Positions 8,147 to 18,379 of a DNA stretch of 64,000 nucleotides are shown piece after piece. How positions within the stretch are numbered: position 1 is the stretch's first letter; every line of letters begins with the position of its first letter. Source of the DNA: Candidatus Omnitrophota bacterium. GTDB lineage: Bacteria > Omnitrophota > Gorgyraeia > Duberdicusellales > 4484-171. The DNA lies in contig JAFGQU010000005.1 of the NCBI GenBank assembly GCA_016935525.1, positions 2,190-66,189 of the forward strand, written 5' to 3'. The position numbers and the translations under genes were made by a program. The notes below the pieces were generated by a model. The model made no database searches and was not told where the DNA came from. It worked only from the letters and a program-made list of their open reading frames with translations.

Positions 8147-9763
8147 GTGAGAGAATTTCTGCTTAAACTTCAATCTCAGTTCCAAAAATATTGGCAGAAT
8201 CTTTCTCAAGTCCAGAGAATCATCATAATAGGACTGGCACTTTTGATCCTTTTCTCTATAGTGGGATTCACGTTTTGGGCGACTCGTCCGGAATATGCGG
8301 TGTTATTTACCAATCTTTCTCCCGAAGATACCTCGGGCGTGATTGAAAAATTGCGCGAACGAGCAGTCCCTTATCGGATAAGTCGTGACGGAGGCACAGT
8401 CCTGGTCCCTTCTCCTAAAGTGTATGAAGTGCGGCTCGCCCTTGCCGGCGAAGGAGTACTGCAGGGCGGCGGGATAGGGTATGAATTATTCGACAAGAAC
8501 TTCTTCGGGATGACGGAGTTCACCCAAAACCTGAATTATCAACGGGCGTTACAGGGAGAATTGGAAAGGACTATCCGGCAGATCTCCGGTGTTGAAGGAG
8601 CGCGAGTCCATCTGGTACTGCCGAAAGAAGAATTATTTATTGAACAGCAAAAAGAACCGACCGCGAGCGTACTGCTTAAACTCGCTCCGGGAATAGAGAT
8701 CAACAAATCACAGATCCGGGCGATCGTGAATCTTGTGCAGACCAGCGTCGAGGGCCTCGATAAAGAGAATATATCGATCATCGATACTAACGGGGTGATC
8801 CTTTCGGATGTGATCGCCGACGAGTTCGAAATGCCGGGGATGTTGGCTGATGTCTTCCAGATGAAAAAGAAGATCGAACGTACCCTTCAGGAAGAAGTAA
8901 GAGTGCTCCTGGAGAGGATCGTCGGAAGGGGACGAGTCGCCGTCAAGGCGAATGTAGAATTGAATCTTGCCCGTCAGGAGACGACCGAAGAAGAATATAC
9001 GCCGGTGGTCGATGAGAAAAAAGGGATCGTCCGTAGTGAACAGAGAAAAACCGAACAGTTTAAAGGAACCGGTACCGGCGCCGGCGGCGTTCCGGGAACC
9101 GAGAGTAATGTGACCAGTATCCCTTCGTATCCTCAATCGGGAGGTTCCGGATCAAGTTCCGATTATTCCCGTCAGGAACAGGTCACTAATTATGAAATCA
9201 ACAAAAAACTTTCTCATGTACGATCGATACCCGGGGATGTAAAGAAAATATCTATTTCCGTACTTCTCGACGGAGAATTTCCCGAAGAAGTCATTGATAG
9301 TTTAAAACAGGTCGTTGCCTCCGGAATCGGTATCCAGCCTGACCGTGGCGATGATGTGGTGGTCGAGGCGTTCCATTTTGACAAGACCTATCTTGAAGAA
9401 GAAAAACTCGCTCAGGAACGGCTTGCCCGTCTGGAATTTCGCAATCTCATCTTTAAAGGAGGCGTGATCGGGTTTGTCACTTTGATCATTCTGCTCTTTA
9501 CTCTTTCTATGTTACGGCATGCCCGTCTTATCCGTAAAACCAAAGAACAGATAAAAGAAACGCAACAGAAGATAATCGGGCCCGACGGCCAGCCGATTGT
9601 GGTGGGCCCCGGAGGAGAGATTATCCCCGGGCAAGGAGGGTTTGCTGGGTTGCCTTTTGGCGGAGATGAGGTGGAAAATATGAAAGCTCAGTTAGCCGAG
9701 GTCGCGGTAAAGGACCCGGAAAAGGTCGCACGAGTAATAAAGGAACTGATAACCAGCAGGTGA
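8147..9763 (+). CDS. fliF: Flagellar M-ring protein FliF
   Basis: GYELFD, RALQGELERTI, ARVHLVLPK, NYEINK, two TM helices. Confidence 0.97.
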   Translation: MREFLLKLQSQFQKYWQNLSQVQRIIIIGLALLILFSIVGFTFWATRPEYAVLFTNLSPEDTSGVIEKLRERAVPYRISRDGGTVLVPSPKVYEVRLALAGEGVLQGGGIGYELFDKNFFGMTEFTQNLNYQRALQGELERTIRQISGVEGARVHLVLPKEELFIEQQKEPTASVLLKLAPGIEINKSQIRAIVNLVQTSVEGLDKENISIIDTNGVILSDVIADEFEMPGMLADVFQMKKKIERTLQEEVRVLLERIVGRGRVAVKANVELNLARQETTEEEYTPVVDEKKGIVRSEQRKTEQFKGTGTGAGGVPGTESNVTSIPSYPQSGGSGSSSDYSRQEQVTNYEINKKLSHVRSIPGDVKKISISVLLDGEFPEEVIDSLKQVVASGIGIQPDRGDDVVVEAFHFDKTYLEEEKLAQERLARLEFRNLIFKGGVIGFVTLIILLFTLSMLRHARLIRKTKEQIKETQQKIIGPDGQPIVVGPGGEIIPGQGGFAGLPFGGDEVENMKAQLAEVAVKDPEKVARVIKELITSR

Positions 9764-9773
9764 GGAATTATTT

Positions 9774-10778
9774 ATGGCGGTAGATGTTGATAATTATAAA
9801 AAAGTAGCGATTCTGCTTGTTTCGTTGGGAATTGATGTGTCGGTAGAGATCTTCAAACATCTTGACGAATGGGAGATCGAGCTGATTTCCAAGGAAATCG
9901 CTCGTCTGGGAGAATTAGAACAGGAACAGATCGATGAAGTAATTAAAGATTTTCATCAACGGTTACTCTCGGCGGCGAGCACCGAAGGAGGGTTGCAATA
10001 TTTGCGAGAAGTGCTGGAACGCGCTATCGGTCCGGCAAAAGCCATGGGGATTATCCGTCATCTCCATCAGATCCGCCCGTTCTCCTACTTGGAGAGTGTG
10101 TCCGGCTCACAGATCGCCGAGATCGTTTCCGGAGAAGACCCCCAGATCATCGCTCTGGTGCTTTCTTATTTGCCGGCAAGCCACGCCGCCGAAGCGTTCG
10201 CCCAGCTGGGAGAAGGATTAAGAAAAGAAGTCGCCGGGCGGATGGTCTTGCTTCAGGATGTACATCGGGAAGCGATCGAGAACGTGCATAAAGCTCTGGA
10301 AAAAGTAGTATCCAACCGTGAACGGCGGATGTCGGAAAAGATCTCTTTTGCCGGCGAAGGGGTAAGGACGCTGGCGAATATTTTAAATGCCGCTCCTCAG
10401 CAAGTCGAAAAAAACGTCATGGATCATTTAAAGACCCTTGATGAGACACTTGCCGAAGAAGTGCGTAACAACATGTTCTTATTCGAAGATATGGTCAAGT
10501 TTGACGATGTATCGATGCAGAAAATATTGCGTCAGGTAGATATGCGTGACCTTACGCTGTCGCTCAAACTTGCCGACGAAGCTTTAAAACAGAAAGTATT
10601 CTCTAACTTATCGGAACGCGTGCGTGAGACGTGTCAGGAAGAACTTTCTTATCTGGGCCCAGTACGATTGAAACAGGTAGAAGAAGCCCAACAGAAAGTC
10701 ATTGCCACTGTCCGCCGGCTGGAAGCTGCCGGAGAGATAGAGATACCGCACAAAGGCCAAGAGGAAAAGTTTGTGTAA
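9774..10778 (+). CDS. fliG: Flagellar motor switch protein FliG
   Basis: KVAILLVSLG, EDPQIIAL, MFLFED, LGPVRLKQVEEAQ. Confidence 0.97.
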   Translation: MAVDVDNYKKVAILLVSLGIDVSVEIFKHLDEWEIELISKEIARLGELEQEQIDEVIKDFHQRLLSAASTEGGLQYLREVLERAIGPAKAMGIIRHLHQIRPFSYLESVSGSQIAEIVSGEDPQIIALVLSYLPASHAAEAFAQLGEGLRKEVAGRMVLLQDVHREAIENVHKALEKVVSNRERRMSEKISFAGEGVRTLANILNAAPQQVEKNVMDHLKTLDETLAEEVRNNMFLFEDMVKFDDVSMQKILRQVDMRDLTLSLKLADEALKQKVFSNLSERVRETCQEELSYLGPVRLKQVEEAQQKVIATVRRLEAAGEIEIPHKGQEEKFV

Positions 10779-10780
10779 GG

Positions 10781-11620
10781 ATGAAAGTAATAAAAAAAGA
10801 TCAAACCTGGGGGACAATATCGGTAAAGCCTCATTCTTGGACTTTGTTCGCCGGCAATACGGCTAAAGAGGAGGCCGAAGAAAAAGAATTACTCTCGGTC
10901 CTGGAGAAAGTCGAAGAAGAGACTCATCAGGCGGTCATCGAACAGATGATCGAAGCCAAAAAGATCGAGCGTGAAGAAGTAGAGATCAAAAATAAAAAAG
11001 AAGAAATATTAGAGGTGACAAAACAACAGGCGCAGGCGCAGGCCGATGCGATCATCACTGAGGCAAAACAAAAAGCCGAAGCCGTAAAAGAAGAAGCTTT
11101 TCAAAAAGGGGTCGAAGGAGGCGCGATCGAAGCGGAAAAAAGAGCCGAAGAGAAATATAGCGGCCTTTTTTCTGAAGAGATAGCTAAGTTAAAGAACGTT
11201 GAAAAAGCATTAGAGTCTTCTTATCAGGAGATCGTCAAAAATACCGAGGATAAGGTCGTTAAGCTGGCGTTGGATATCGCCAAGAAAATAATCAAGGAAG
11301 ATTGTAAAAAGAAGAGCCCGCTAATAACTAAAATGGTTCGCGAAGGGCTCTCCCGGCTTTCGGAACGCGTGCCGGTGAAAATAAGGCTTAACCCGGAACA
11401 ACTTCCCTTAGTCGAAAAGAATAAAAAAAAGTTGATCGAGGAGTTTAATAACGCGCAGACGATCGAGTTGATAGCCGATGCGGGAGTGATTGCCGGAGGA
11501 TGTGTGCTTGAGACCGCATCAGGAAGTATCGACTTGAGGATCGACCGGCAATTCAATGAAATACAAAGAAATTTAACCGGAGAAACCAGAGAAAAAAATG
11601 AGTTTGAATCAGACGATTAA
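10781..11620 (+). CDS. fliH: Flagellar assembly protein FliH
   Basis: AxxxGxxxG repeats, GGCVLETASGSID; true start likely ATG 10781. Confidence 0.92.
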   Translation: MKVIKKDQTWGTISVKPHSWTLFAGNTAKEEAEEKELLSVLEKVEEETHQAVIEQMIEAKKIEREEVEIKNKKEEILEVTKQQAQAQADAIITEAKQKAEAVKEEAFQKGVEGGAIEAEKRAEEKYSGLFSEEIAKLKNVEKALESSYQEIVKNTEDKVVKLALDIAKKIIKEDCKKKSPLITKMVREGLSRLSERVPVKIRLNPEQLPLVEKNKKKLIEEFNNAQTIELIADAGVIAGGCVLETASGSIDLRIDRQFNEIQRNLTGETREKNEFESDD

Positions 11621-12920
11621 TTTAGATAAATATTTTCAGGTGCTCGATTCAGTCGATCCGGTGAAACTGAACGGGAAAGTGACTAAAGTCGTGGGATTAG
11701 TAGTGGAATCCGACGGCCCGGCAGTAGGGATCGGCGAACTTTGTTTTATTTATCCGAGAAAACGATCCCGGCCGGTCCGGGCCGAAGTCGTCGGATTTAG
11801 AGATAATAAAGTATTGCTTATGCCGTTGGGCGAGATGATCCAGATCGAACCGAACAGTGAAGTAGTCGCTTCCGGAGAATGTCTGGGGATACACGTATCT
11901 TCGGAATTATTAGGAAGGGTGTTAGACGGACTGGGGAATCCTCTGGACGGGAAACCCCAGGTGATCAGTAACGAACATTATTGTGTGACAAAAACACCGC
12001 CGCATCCGCTTACGCGTCAGAGGATAAAACGGCCGTTACCTACGGGAGTGCGGGCTGTTGACGGGACGTTGACTCTGGGTGAAGGACAACGTATCGGTAT
12101 TTTTTCGGGAAGCGGTATCGGTAAAAGCGTATTGTTAGGAATGATCGCCCGGTATACCAGCGCGGACGTGAATGTCATCGCTCTCATCGGAGAACGGGGC
12201 CGCGAGGTGCGGGATTTTATCGAAAAAGATCTGGGGCCGGATGGGCTTAAGCGTTCGGTGATCGTGGTGTCTACTTCGGACCAGCCGGCGTTGATCCGGA
12301 TCAAAGGAGCAGAAATCGCAACTGCTATCGCCGAATATTTCCGTGCTCAGGGGCTTAATGTGATGTTTATGATGGATTCGGTCACCCGGTTTGCGATGGC
12401 CCAGAGAGAAGTCGGCCTTGCGATCGGAGAGCCGCCGGCGACAAAAGGATATACTCCTTCGGTGTTTGCGATGTTGCCTAAACTTTTAGAACGAAGCGGG
12501 GCGTCACATACCGGAAGTATTACCGGTATTTATACCGTGCTGGTCGAAGCCGATGACATGAATGAACCGGTCGCCGATACTGTCCGCAGTATTCTTGACG
12601 GCCACATCGTGTTGTCGCGGGAGCTGGCTTCCGCCGGACATTATCCGCCGATAGACGTGTTGCCCAGTATTTCGCGGTTGATGATCGATGTGGTCGATGA
12701 AGGTCATTATGAGTGCGCGAATAAACTAAGAGATATTTTAGTGACGTACCGCGACGCTCAGGATCTGATAAATATCGGAGCGTATGTCCATGGAAGTAAT
12801 CCTAAAATCGATTATGCTCTGGAAAAATTTGACGCGGTCAACGCATTTTTAAGACAAAAAATAGAAGAGCCGGCAGATTTTTCCCAGACTATAGAAGGTT
12901 TAAAAAGCCTGTTTAATTAA
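11598..12920 (+). CDS. fliI: Flagellar export ATPase FliI
   Basis: GSGIGKS Walker A, GERGREV, DSVTRFAMAQRE. Confidence 0.98.
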   Translation: MSLNQTINLDKYFQVLDSVDPVKLNGKVTKVVGLVVESDGPAVGIGELCFIYPRKRSRPVRAEVVGFRDNKVLLMPLGEMIQIEPNSEVVASGECLGIHVSSELLGRVLDGLGNPLDGKPQVISNEHYCVTKTPPHPLTRQRIKRPLPTGVRAVDGTLTLGEGQRIGIFSGSGIGKSVLLGMIARYTSADVNVIALIGERGREVRDFIEKDLGPDGLKRSVIVVSTSDQPALIRIKGAEIATAIAEYFRAQGLNVMFMMDSVTRFAMAQREVGLAIGEPPATKGYTPSVFAMLPKLLERSGASHTGSITGIYTVLVEADDMNEPVADTVRSILDGHIVLSRELASAGHYPPIDVLPSISRLMIDVVDEGHYECANKLRDILVTYRDAQDLINIGAYVHGSNPKIDYALEKFDAVNAFLRQKIEEPADFSQTIEGLKSLFN

Positions 12921-12926
12921 TGAATA

Positions 12927-13397
12927 ATGATCCGATTTCGATTTCGGTTACAACGGGTATTAGAGTTGCGCACGCGAAAAGAAGAAGAGAAAGAGCGAGA
13001 ACTCGCTCATTTGAAAACGATGCTGCGCGAAGCCGAAGAATTTTTAGAAGAATTAAAAGACCAGAGTTTTCGTGTCTCGCAGCAGATCGGCTCTTTGCAC
13101 GACAATGACAGCCGATCGTTGGACATCCAGGAACTTTTGCGTTATTACGATTATTTGGAGTATGTGCGTAATATGATCGTCGACCAGATCGACGCGATAA
13201 AGACGATTATCATCAATCTCGACCGTAAACGCGAGGAATTGATCGAGGCTTCGAAAGAACGCAAGATCATAGAGAAGTTGAAAGATACGCAGTACAAAAA
13301 ATTCAGGGAATTTGTCAATCAATGGGAAAACAGGTTTATCGACGAGATGGGGACGATAAACTTCAATTATCGAAAAAATCAAGAAGAAAGGAGGTGA
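12927..13397 (+). CDS. fliJ: Flagellar export protein FliJ
   Basis: FRFRLQRVLELR N-terminus; located after fliI. Confidence 0.92.
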   Translation: MIRFRFRLQRVLELRTRKEEEKERELAHLKTMLREAEEFLEELKDQSFRVSQQIGSLHDNDSRSLDIQELLRYYDYLEYVRNMIVDQIDAIKTIIINLDRKREELIEASKERKIIEKLKDTQYKKFREFVNQWENRFIDEMGTINFNYRKNQEERR

Positions 13398-13403
13398 AAA
13401 AAG

Positions 13404-14642
13404 ATGAATACCATTATGCAGATGCTTTTACCAGTAATGCATCTGAATTCTGGGACGCAGTCCTCGTCTTTCCCCAGCGAGGCCAATGAGGTTTTTGCGA
13501 GATTGGTCGACGAAGAGGTAGGTAAGTTCTTAGGCCGGGATTGGCAGAAAAATGCCGATCTTGCCGCGCTGTTGAATTCGCCGCTCTTTGCCCAACTTTT
13601 AACCCATCTGAACGGTCTTTTGGATAAAGTAGGGGCGACCGATATTCAGAAACAGGAGTTGTTGGATCAGATTATCGCCAAGATAACCGAGAGTTTTGCC
13701 AACGGCGATACCGAAGGCCTCATTTCCTTTTTCTCGACTATATTGAACGCCGAGACTCCGCAGGATATCCAGCAGGCGCTGGATAAATTTGCGACCTCTA
13801 AGAATGAAACGGTTCAATATATCGATCAAAAAGGGAATGCTTTTGTGCCCCAGAATGCAGAGACTGATCAATCTCAGGTATTATCTGAGTTGACGGTTGA
13901 GACGACCAATAAAGACGTGATGGCGACTGCCAATGAACAGTTTGTCGCCGACGTCCCGAAGATTCTCGATACAGTGAATGGTGAACATGTACTCAACCGG
14001 CTGGTCGGGATGTTTGAGGAGAAAGAAGACGCTCTTACGGGATTCGTTAAATCCGGGGAGGTCAAGATCGATCCTGTGCTTAAACTGGATTCCGCGCAGA
14101 TGGAATTCGTGTCGTTGATGAAAGATATCGAGTTCAATGTCGATAAAGAAAGCGTGTTGGGATCGAATGCGGCCACTACCGCAGCCGATATCCAGGCCCG
14201 GATCGATATGATGAGCAGCATCAAAGAATTAGTCGAACGTATGGAGTTGAAAACGGCGCCTAAGGTCATCCAGACAGTGTTTGAATTAAAACCGCCTAAT
14301 ATGGGCCATACGCAGTTACGGTTGGAATTGTCCGATCAGAAAGTGATGCTTGATTTTCTGGTCGCCCGGGCTGAAGCTAAAGAGATGATCCAGAATTCGC
14401 TCAGCGATTTGCGCACTATGTTCCAGGATAAGGGGCTTGTGATCGGCGAGGTAAATGTCGATGTCGATCCTAACCTTTCGTTAGGACACGGGTTGTTCTC
14501 GCGGGACCTGGCTCAACAAAATTCTCATCATCAAGGGGCCTTATCAGGTAATGTCGCCGGTCCGGTCCTGTTTGATGAAGACAGTGTGCGCACCTATGAT
14601 ACTCTTTATCTGGATGCGGCAAGAGTGAATTGTTTAGCGTGA
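13404..14642 (+). CDS. fliK: Hook-length control protein FliK
   Basis: C-terminal ELKPPNMG.TQLRL Flg_hook domain; located before flgD. Confidence 0.85.
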   Translation: MNTIMQMLLPVMHLNSGTQSSSFPSEANEVFARLVDEEVGKFLGRDWQKNADLAALLNSPLFAQLLTHLNGLLDKVGATDIQKQELLDQIIAKITESFANGDTEGLISFFSTILNAETPQDIQQALDKFATSKNETVQYIDQKGNAFVPQNAETDQSQVLSELTVETTNKDVMATANEQFVADVPKILDTVNGEHVLNRLVGMFEEKEDALTGFVKSGEVKIDPVLKLDSAQMEFVSLMKDIEFNVDKESVLGSNAATTAADIQARIDMMSSIKELVERMELKTAPKVIQTVFELKPPNMGHTQLRLELSDQKVMLDFLVARAEAKEMIQNSLSDLRTMFQDKGLVIGEVNVDVDPNLSLGHGLFSRDLAQQNSHHQGALSGNVAGPVLFDEDSVRTYDTLYLDAARVNCLA

Positions 14643-14658
14643 GAGGAGGTGAAAGAAG

Positions 14659-15078
14659 ATGTACGTAAATAACATAAATGCGCCGGTAACAACGTTCGGG
14701 TATAACGAAAATAATATCGATGGTGCATTAGGTAAAGAAGATTTTTTACAGCTTCTGGTCGTACAGATGCAGACTCAGGATCCTCTGGATCCTTTAAAAA
14801 ACGAAGATTTTATTGCGCAGCTGGCTCAGTTCAATTCGTTAGAACAGATGATCACGCTTAACGACCAGATAACATCGCTGAGTTCGCTGCAGGCGCTTAG
14901 TTCCAGCAGCAGTCTCTTGGGGAAAACAGTCGAAGCCCTTGATGAAGACGGAAATACGCTTGAAGGTAAAGTGACCGAAGTACGGTATATCGATGGTGAA
15001 GTGCTGTTGACGTTGGAGAACGGAGGCGTTTCCAGTGAAGTCAGTTTCGCCAATATCGTAAAAGTGAGGGAGTCATGA
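14659..15078 (+). CDS. flgD: Hook capping protein FlgD
   Basis: LGKEDFLQLLVVQMQTQDPLDP, AQLAQFNSLEQ. Confidence 0.96.
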   Translation: MYVNNINAPVTTFGYNENNIDGALGKEDFLQLLVVQMQTQDPLDPLKNEDFIAQLAQFNSLEQMITLNDQITSLSSLQALSSSSSLLGKTVEALDEDGNTLEGKVTEVRYIDGEVLLTLENGGVSSEVSFANIVKVRES

Positions 15079-15455
15079 GTCACATAGATCCTTTGAAGAA
15101 CAGTCAGGTTCATGGTGTCGGTAAAGTGACGCCTCAGGCGCCGGCTAAAGGCGTCTCAAAAGGCTCATCGTTTAAAGAGGTATTAGAATCGAAGCTTGAC
15201 CATGAAATAACATTTTCCGGTCATGCGTTAGAACGGATACAAAGACGAGAGATCAAATTCGATGAGACGCGCTTGAACAAACTGAAAACAGCCGTAGAGA
15301 TGGCCGACAAAAAAGGGGCTCGATCCTCGCTGGTGTTAATGGAGGATTTAGCGCTCATCGTGAGCATTAAGAATCGTACGGTGATTACCGCGATCGATGG
15401 CCGAAACGTCAAAGAGAACGTGTTTACCAATATCGATAGCGCGATCATCGTGTAA
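15075..15455 (+). CDS. Flagellar operon protein (TIGR02530 family)
   Basis: FSGHALERIQRR, KGARSSLVL, NRTVITAID, NVFTNIDSAII. Confidence 0.9.
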   Translation: MSHIDPLKNSQVHGVGKVTPQAPAKGVSKGSSFKEVLESKLDHEITFSGHALERIQRREIKFDETRLNKLKTAVEMADKKGARSSLVLMEDLALIVSIKNRTVITAIDGRNVKENVFTNIDSAIIV

Positions 15456-15464
15456 AAACTTTGC

Positions 15465-15493
15465 GGGGCTGGACCTCGAATAGAGGAGGCCTC
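15465..15493 (+). promoter_or_regulatory. Putative cis-regulatory RNA hairpin (GGCUGGACC...GGAGGC), copy 2
   Basis: GGGGCT-GGA-CCTC-gaata-GAGG-A-GGCCTC upstream of the flgE RBS. Confidence 0.55.
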
Positions 15494-15520
15494 AAAAAAC
15501 CGGAAGGAGGATGAGGCGAA

Positions 15521-17215
15521 ATGTTACGTTCGATGTTTACCGGGATTTCTGGTTTGCGAAATCACCAGGTAAGATTAGATGTCGTTGCCAACAATATTGC
15601 CAATATCAATACAGTCGGGTTTAAACGGAGCCGGGCGCAATTTTCCGATATCTTAAGCCAGCTTCTGCAGGGAGCCAGTGCTCCTACAACCGGGCCGGGC
15701 GGAGATATCGGCGGAACAAACCCGAAACAGGTAGGGTTAGGGATGACGATTGCCAGTATCGACACTCTTTTCACGCAAGGAAATTTACAGCTTACCGGTG
15801 TCAATACTGATATCGCGATCCAGGGTGATGGGATGTTTAATCTGCGTGACGCTGACGGCGTCGATTTCTACACTCGCGCCGGACAGTTCACGTTCTCACC
15901 ACGTGACGCAGCCGGAAACATCTATCTGCAGAATGTTTCTAACGGATATCGGGTCCAGGGGTATGTGTATGATGCTACTCTCGGTGCGATTGATAATACT
16001 ACTATTACCGATATTTTAATACCGCCGACTCTTTATTCGCTCGCTCCTCAGGCGACTTCTCAGACGGTGTTCAATAACAACTTGAATGCCGAAACGATCG
16101 GTTCGTTCACGTCTAATGTTACGTCTCAGACGATTACTGACGGTGACGGTGCCGGTTCGACTACGATTACCTGGACCTTTACTCCGACCAGTAATTTCAA
16201 CGAATGGCAGGTTACCGGAACCTTAAGCGGAGCGACGGCAACCTGGGGAAGTAGCGGTACCAATACGCTTACCTATACGTTCCGGGTCGATGACACCGGA
16301 GCGATCACCGGTACCGCCGGTGAAGTATGGGCTGATACCGCGCCGGTCGGTGGAATAGATACTATCGATATCGACGGGGTAGCCGGTGCCGATGTACAGG
16401 TGAACCTTATCAGCAGTGTAGGGCCGACGGTGCTCGACGGTACGATAGATGATATTACGATTACCACTATAGGTATACTTCCGGATACAGTCGATGCCAA
16501 TTATGCCGGAACGTGGACGGCATCGTCGACACATACCGCGTCGATCAATATCTATGATTCGATGGGAGCGACCCATACGTTGCAGTTGCTGTTCCGTCAT
16601 GACCCGCAGGTAGCGAATCAATGGTCCTGGACCGCTCAGACATCAGATACGTCGATTACGGTCAATACCGGGGATGGGGTTCTGGCGTTTAATAACGACG
16701 GAAGTTTATCATCTTCGGTGATAAACAATCCGATCAATATTAGCGTAAATGTACCGGCGGCGGCGCCGATAAATATCACGACTCCTGATTTCAGCGCAGT
16801 GACGCAATACGCCGCCAACAACACTCTGGTCGCATTTTCTCAGAACGGATATGAAGCGGGAGAGTTAAATGCGTTCACCATAGGTTCTTCCGGAGTGATT
16901 ACCGGGATTTACACCAACGGGTTGAATGGAGAATTAGCTCAAGTCGTGTTAGCAAGATTTGACAATCCGGGAGGGTTGGTGAAAGAGGGAGATAACCTCT
17001 TTAGCCAAAGCGCCAACTCAGGAATGCCGGATATCGGTGTTGCTGAAACAGGAGGGCGAGGGTCGCTTTCCGCAGGATTTCTGGAAATGTCAAACGTGGA
17101 TCTCGCGCAAGAATTTGTCGATATGATCACTGCGCAACGGGGATTTCAGGTAAATTCCCGGAGTATCACGGTTTCCGATGAGATTTTGCAGGAATTGTTG
17201 ACTCTGAAACGATAG
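15521..17215 (+). CDS. flgE: Flagellar hook protein FlgE
   Basis: ANNIANINTVGFK, GTNPKQVGLG, LEMSNVDLAQEF. Confidence 0.97.
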   Translation: MLRSMFTGISGLRNHQVRLDVVANNIANINTVGFKRSRAQFSDILSQLLQGASAPTTGPGGDIGGTNPKQVGLGMTIASIDTLFTQGNLQLTGVNTDIAIQGDGMFNLRDADGVDFYTRAGQFTFSPRDAAGNIYLQNVSNGYRVQGYVYDATLGAIDNTTITDILIPPTLYSLAPQATSQTVFNNNLNAETIGSFTSNVTSQTITDGDGAGSTTITWTFTPTSNFNEWQVTGTLSGATATWGSSGTNTLTYTFRVDDTGAITGTAGEVWADTAPVGGIDTIDIDGVAGADVQVNLISSVGPTVLDGTIDDITITTIGILPDTVDANYAGTWTASSTHTASINIYDSMGATHTLQLLFRHDPQVANQWSWTAQTSDTSITVNTGDGVLAFNNDGSLSSSVINNPINISVNVPAAAPINITTPDFSAVTQYAANNTLVAFSQNGYEAGELNAFTIGSSGVITGIYTNGLNGELAQVVLARFDNPGGLVKEGDNLFSQSANSGMPDIGVAETGGRGSLSAGFLEMSNVDLAQEFVDMITAQRGFQVNSRSITVSDEILQELLTLKR

Positions 17216-17256
17216 TGTAGGTAATTAGTGTGAGTTACAGATAAGTCTGTACCCTG

Positions 17257-17299
17257 CTAATAAATACCCTCGTCGTAGCCCGGCGGGGGTATTTATTAG
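17257..17299 (+). terminator. Strong hairpin after flgE (terminator or mRNA stabiliser)
   Basis: CTAATAAATACCCTCGTCG / CGGCGGGGGTATTTATTAG. Confidence 0.6.
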
Positions 17300-17328
17300 A
17301 AAGGGATAGAAAGAGAGGTGAACAGATA

Positions 17329-17535
17329 ATGGTAAAACTCAAACAGATTAACGGTGAATTGATCGTGATAAATGCCGATTTGATCAGTTATATTAAAGCG
17401 CATCCCAATACTGTCTTAACTCTTACCAACGGCGACCGAGTAGTAGTCGAAGAATCGATTGATGAAGTGATGAAAAGGGTAGTAGAGTATAAACAAAAAA
17501 TATACCAGGTACATGTTGTAAAAGACGAGGAGTAG
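17329..17535 (+). CDS. flbD: Flagellar protein FlbD (SwrD family)
   Basis: MVKLKQING..IVINADLI..I...PNTVLTLTNG...VVEES. Confidence 0.92.
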   Translation: MVKLKQINGELIVINADLISYIKAHPNTVLTLTNGDRVVVEESIDEVMKRVVEYKQKIYQVHVVKDEE

Positions 17536-17539
17536 AGTT

Positions 17540-18379
17540 ATGGATTTTGCCAGTATTTTCGGTCTCTTTGCTGGAGTCACTTTAATTTTTCTTGCGATTC
17601 GCGAAAACTTTTTTCTTTTTCTCAGCGCGCCGGCGGCGATGATTACTTTCGGGGGAGCGTTTGCGGCGACCTGTCTGCACTTCCCTATAGGAGATGTCAT
17701 GAAAGTAATGAAAATCGTCAGTAAAGTATTTTTTACCCGGCCGCATAATCCTTATGACGCGGTCGAGACGATCGTCGGCCTTGCCGAAAAAGCCCGGCGC
17801 GAAGGGTTTTTGGCTCTGGAGGCGGAACTTGCCAACGTGAACGACGAGTTTCTCAAGCGGGGCGTCCAGAACGTTATCGACGGCGTGAGCCGTGACGAGA
17901 TAAAAGATACGTTGACGAAACAATTGGAGTTTCTCACTGCCCGCCATGAATCCGGGCAGGAGATCCTGGTCTCGATGGGGACGTATACTCCCGCTTTCGG
18001 GATGGCCGGTACGCTTATCGGGCTGGTTATCATGCTTTATAACCTTGATGATCCGAAAAAAGTAGGGCCGGGGATGGCGTTGGCGATCATCACGACGATG
18101 TACGGGGTACTTGCGGCGTATCTGTTTTTGATTCCTATGGCCGGGAAATTGAAAGTACGGGCTCAGCAGGAGCAGATCATTAAAGAGGTGACGATCGAAG
18201 GGATCATCTCGCTCCATGCCGGAGAAGCTCCTCGGTTAATGCGGGAAAAATTGCACGCCTATCTCGATCCGCGGATGAAAAAAATGCCTATAGGTGGAGC
18301 AAAAGCGCCGAGTCCCTCAGAAGGTGGCGTTCAGGAAAAGAAAACCGAAACGAAAGAAGAGAAAAAGGAAGGGTCATGA
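17540..18379 (+). CDS. motA: Stator subunit MotA/PomA
   Basis: ARREGFLALE, PAFGMAGTLIGL, AIITTMYG. Confidence 0.95.
   Translation: MDFASIFGLFAGVTLIFLAIRENFFLFLSAPAAMITFGGAFAATCLHFPIGDVMKVMKIVSKVFFTRPHNPYDAVETIVGLAEKARREGFLALEAELANVNDEFLKRGVQNVIDGVSRDEIKDTLTKQLEFLTARHESGQEILVSMGTYTPAFGMAGTLIGLVIMLYNLDDPKKVGPGMALAIITTMYGVLAAYLFLIPMAGKLKVRAQQEQIIKEVTIEGIISLHAGEAPRLMREKLHAYLDPRMKKMPIGGAKAPSPSEGGVQEKKTETKEEKKEGS

Noticed and set aside
10631-10780. Long N-terminal extension of FliH overlapping fliG
   Set aside because: ATG 10781 directly follows the fliG stop; the extension is an ORF-calling artefact
17582-18217. Long antisense ORFs (e.g. 17582-18217, 55745-56311, 19567-20031)
   Set aside because: They are shadows of well-supported + strand genes with no recognisable motifs
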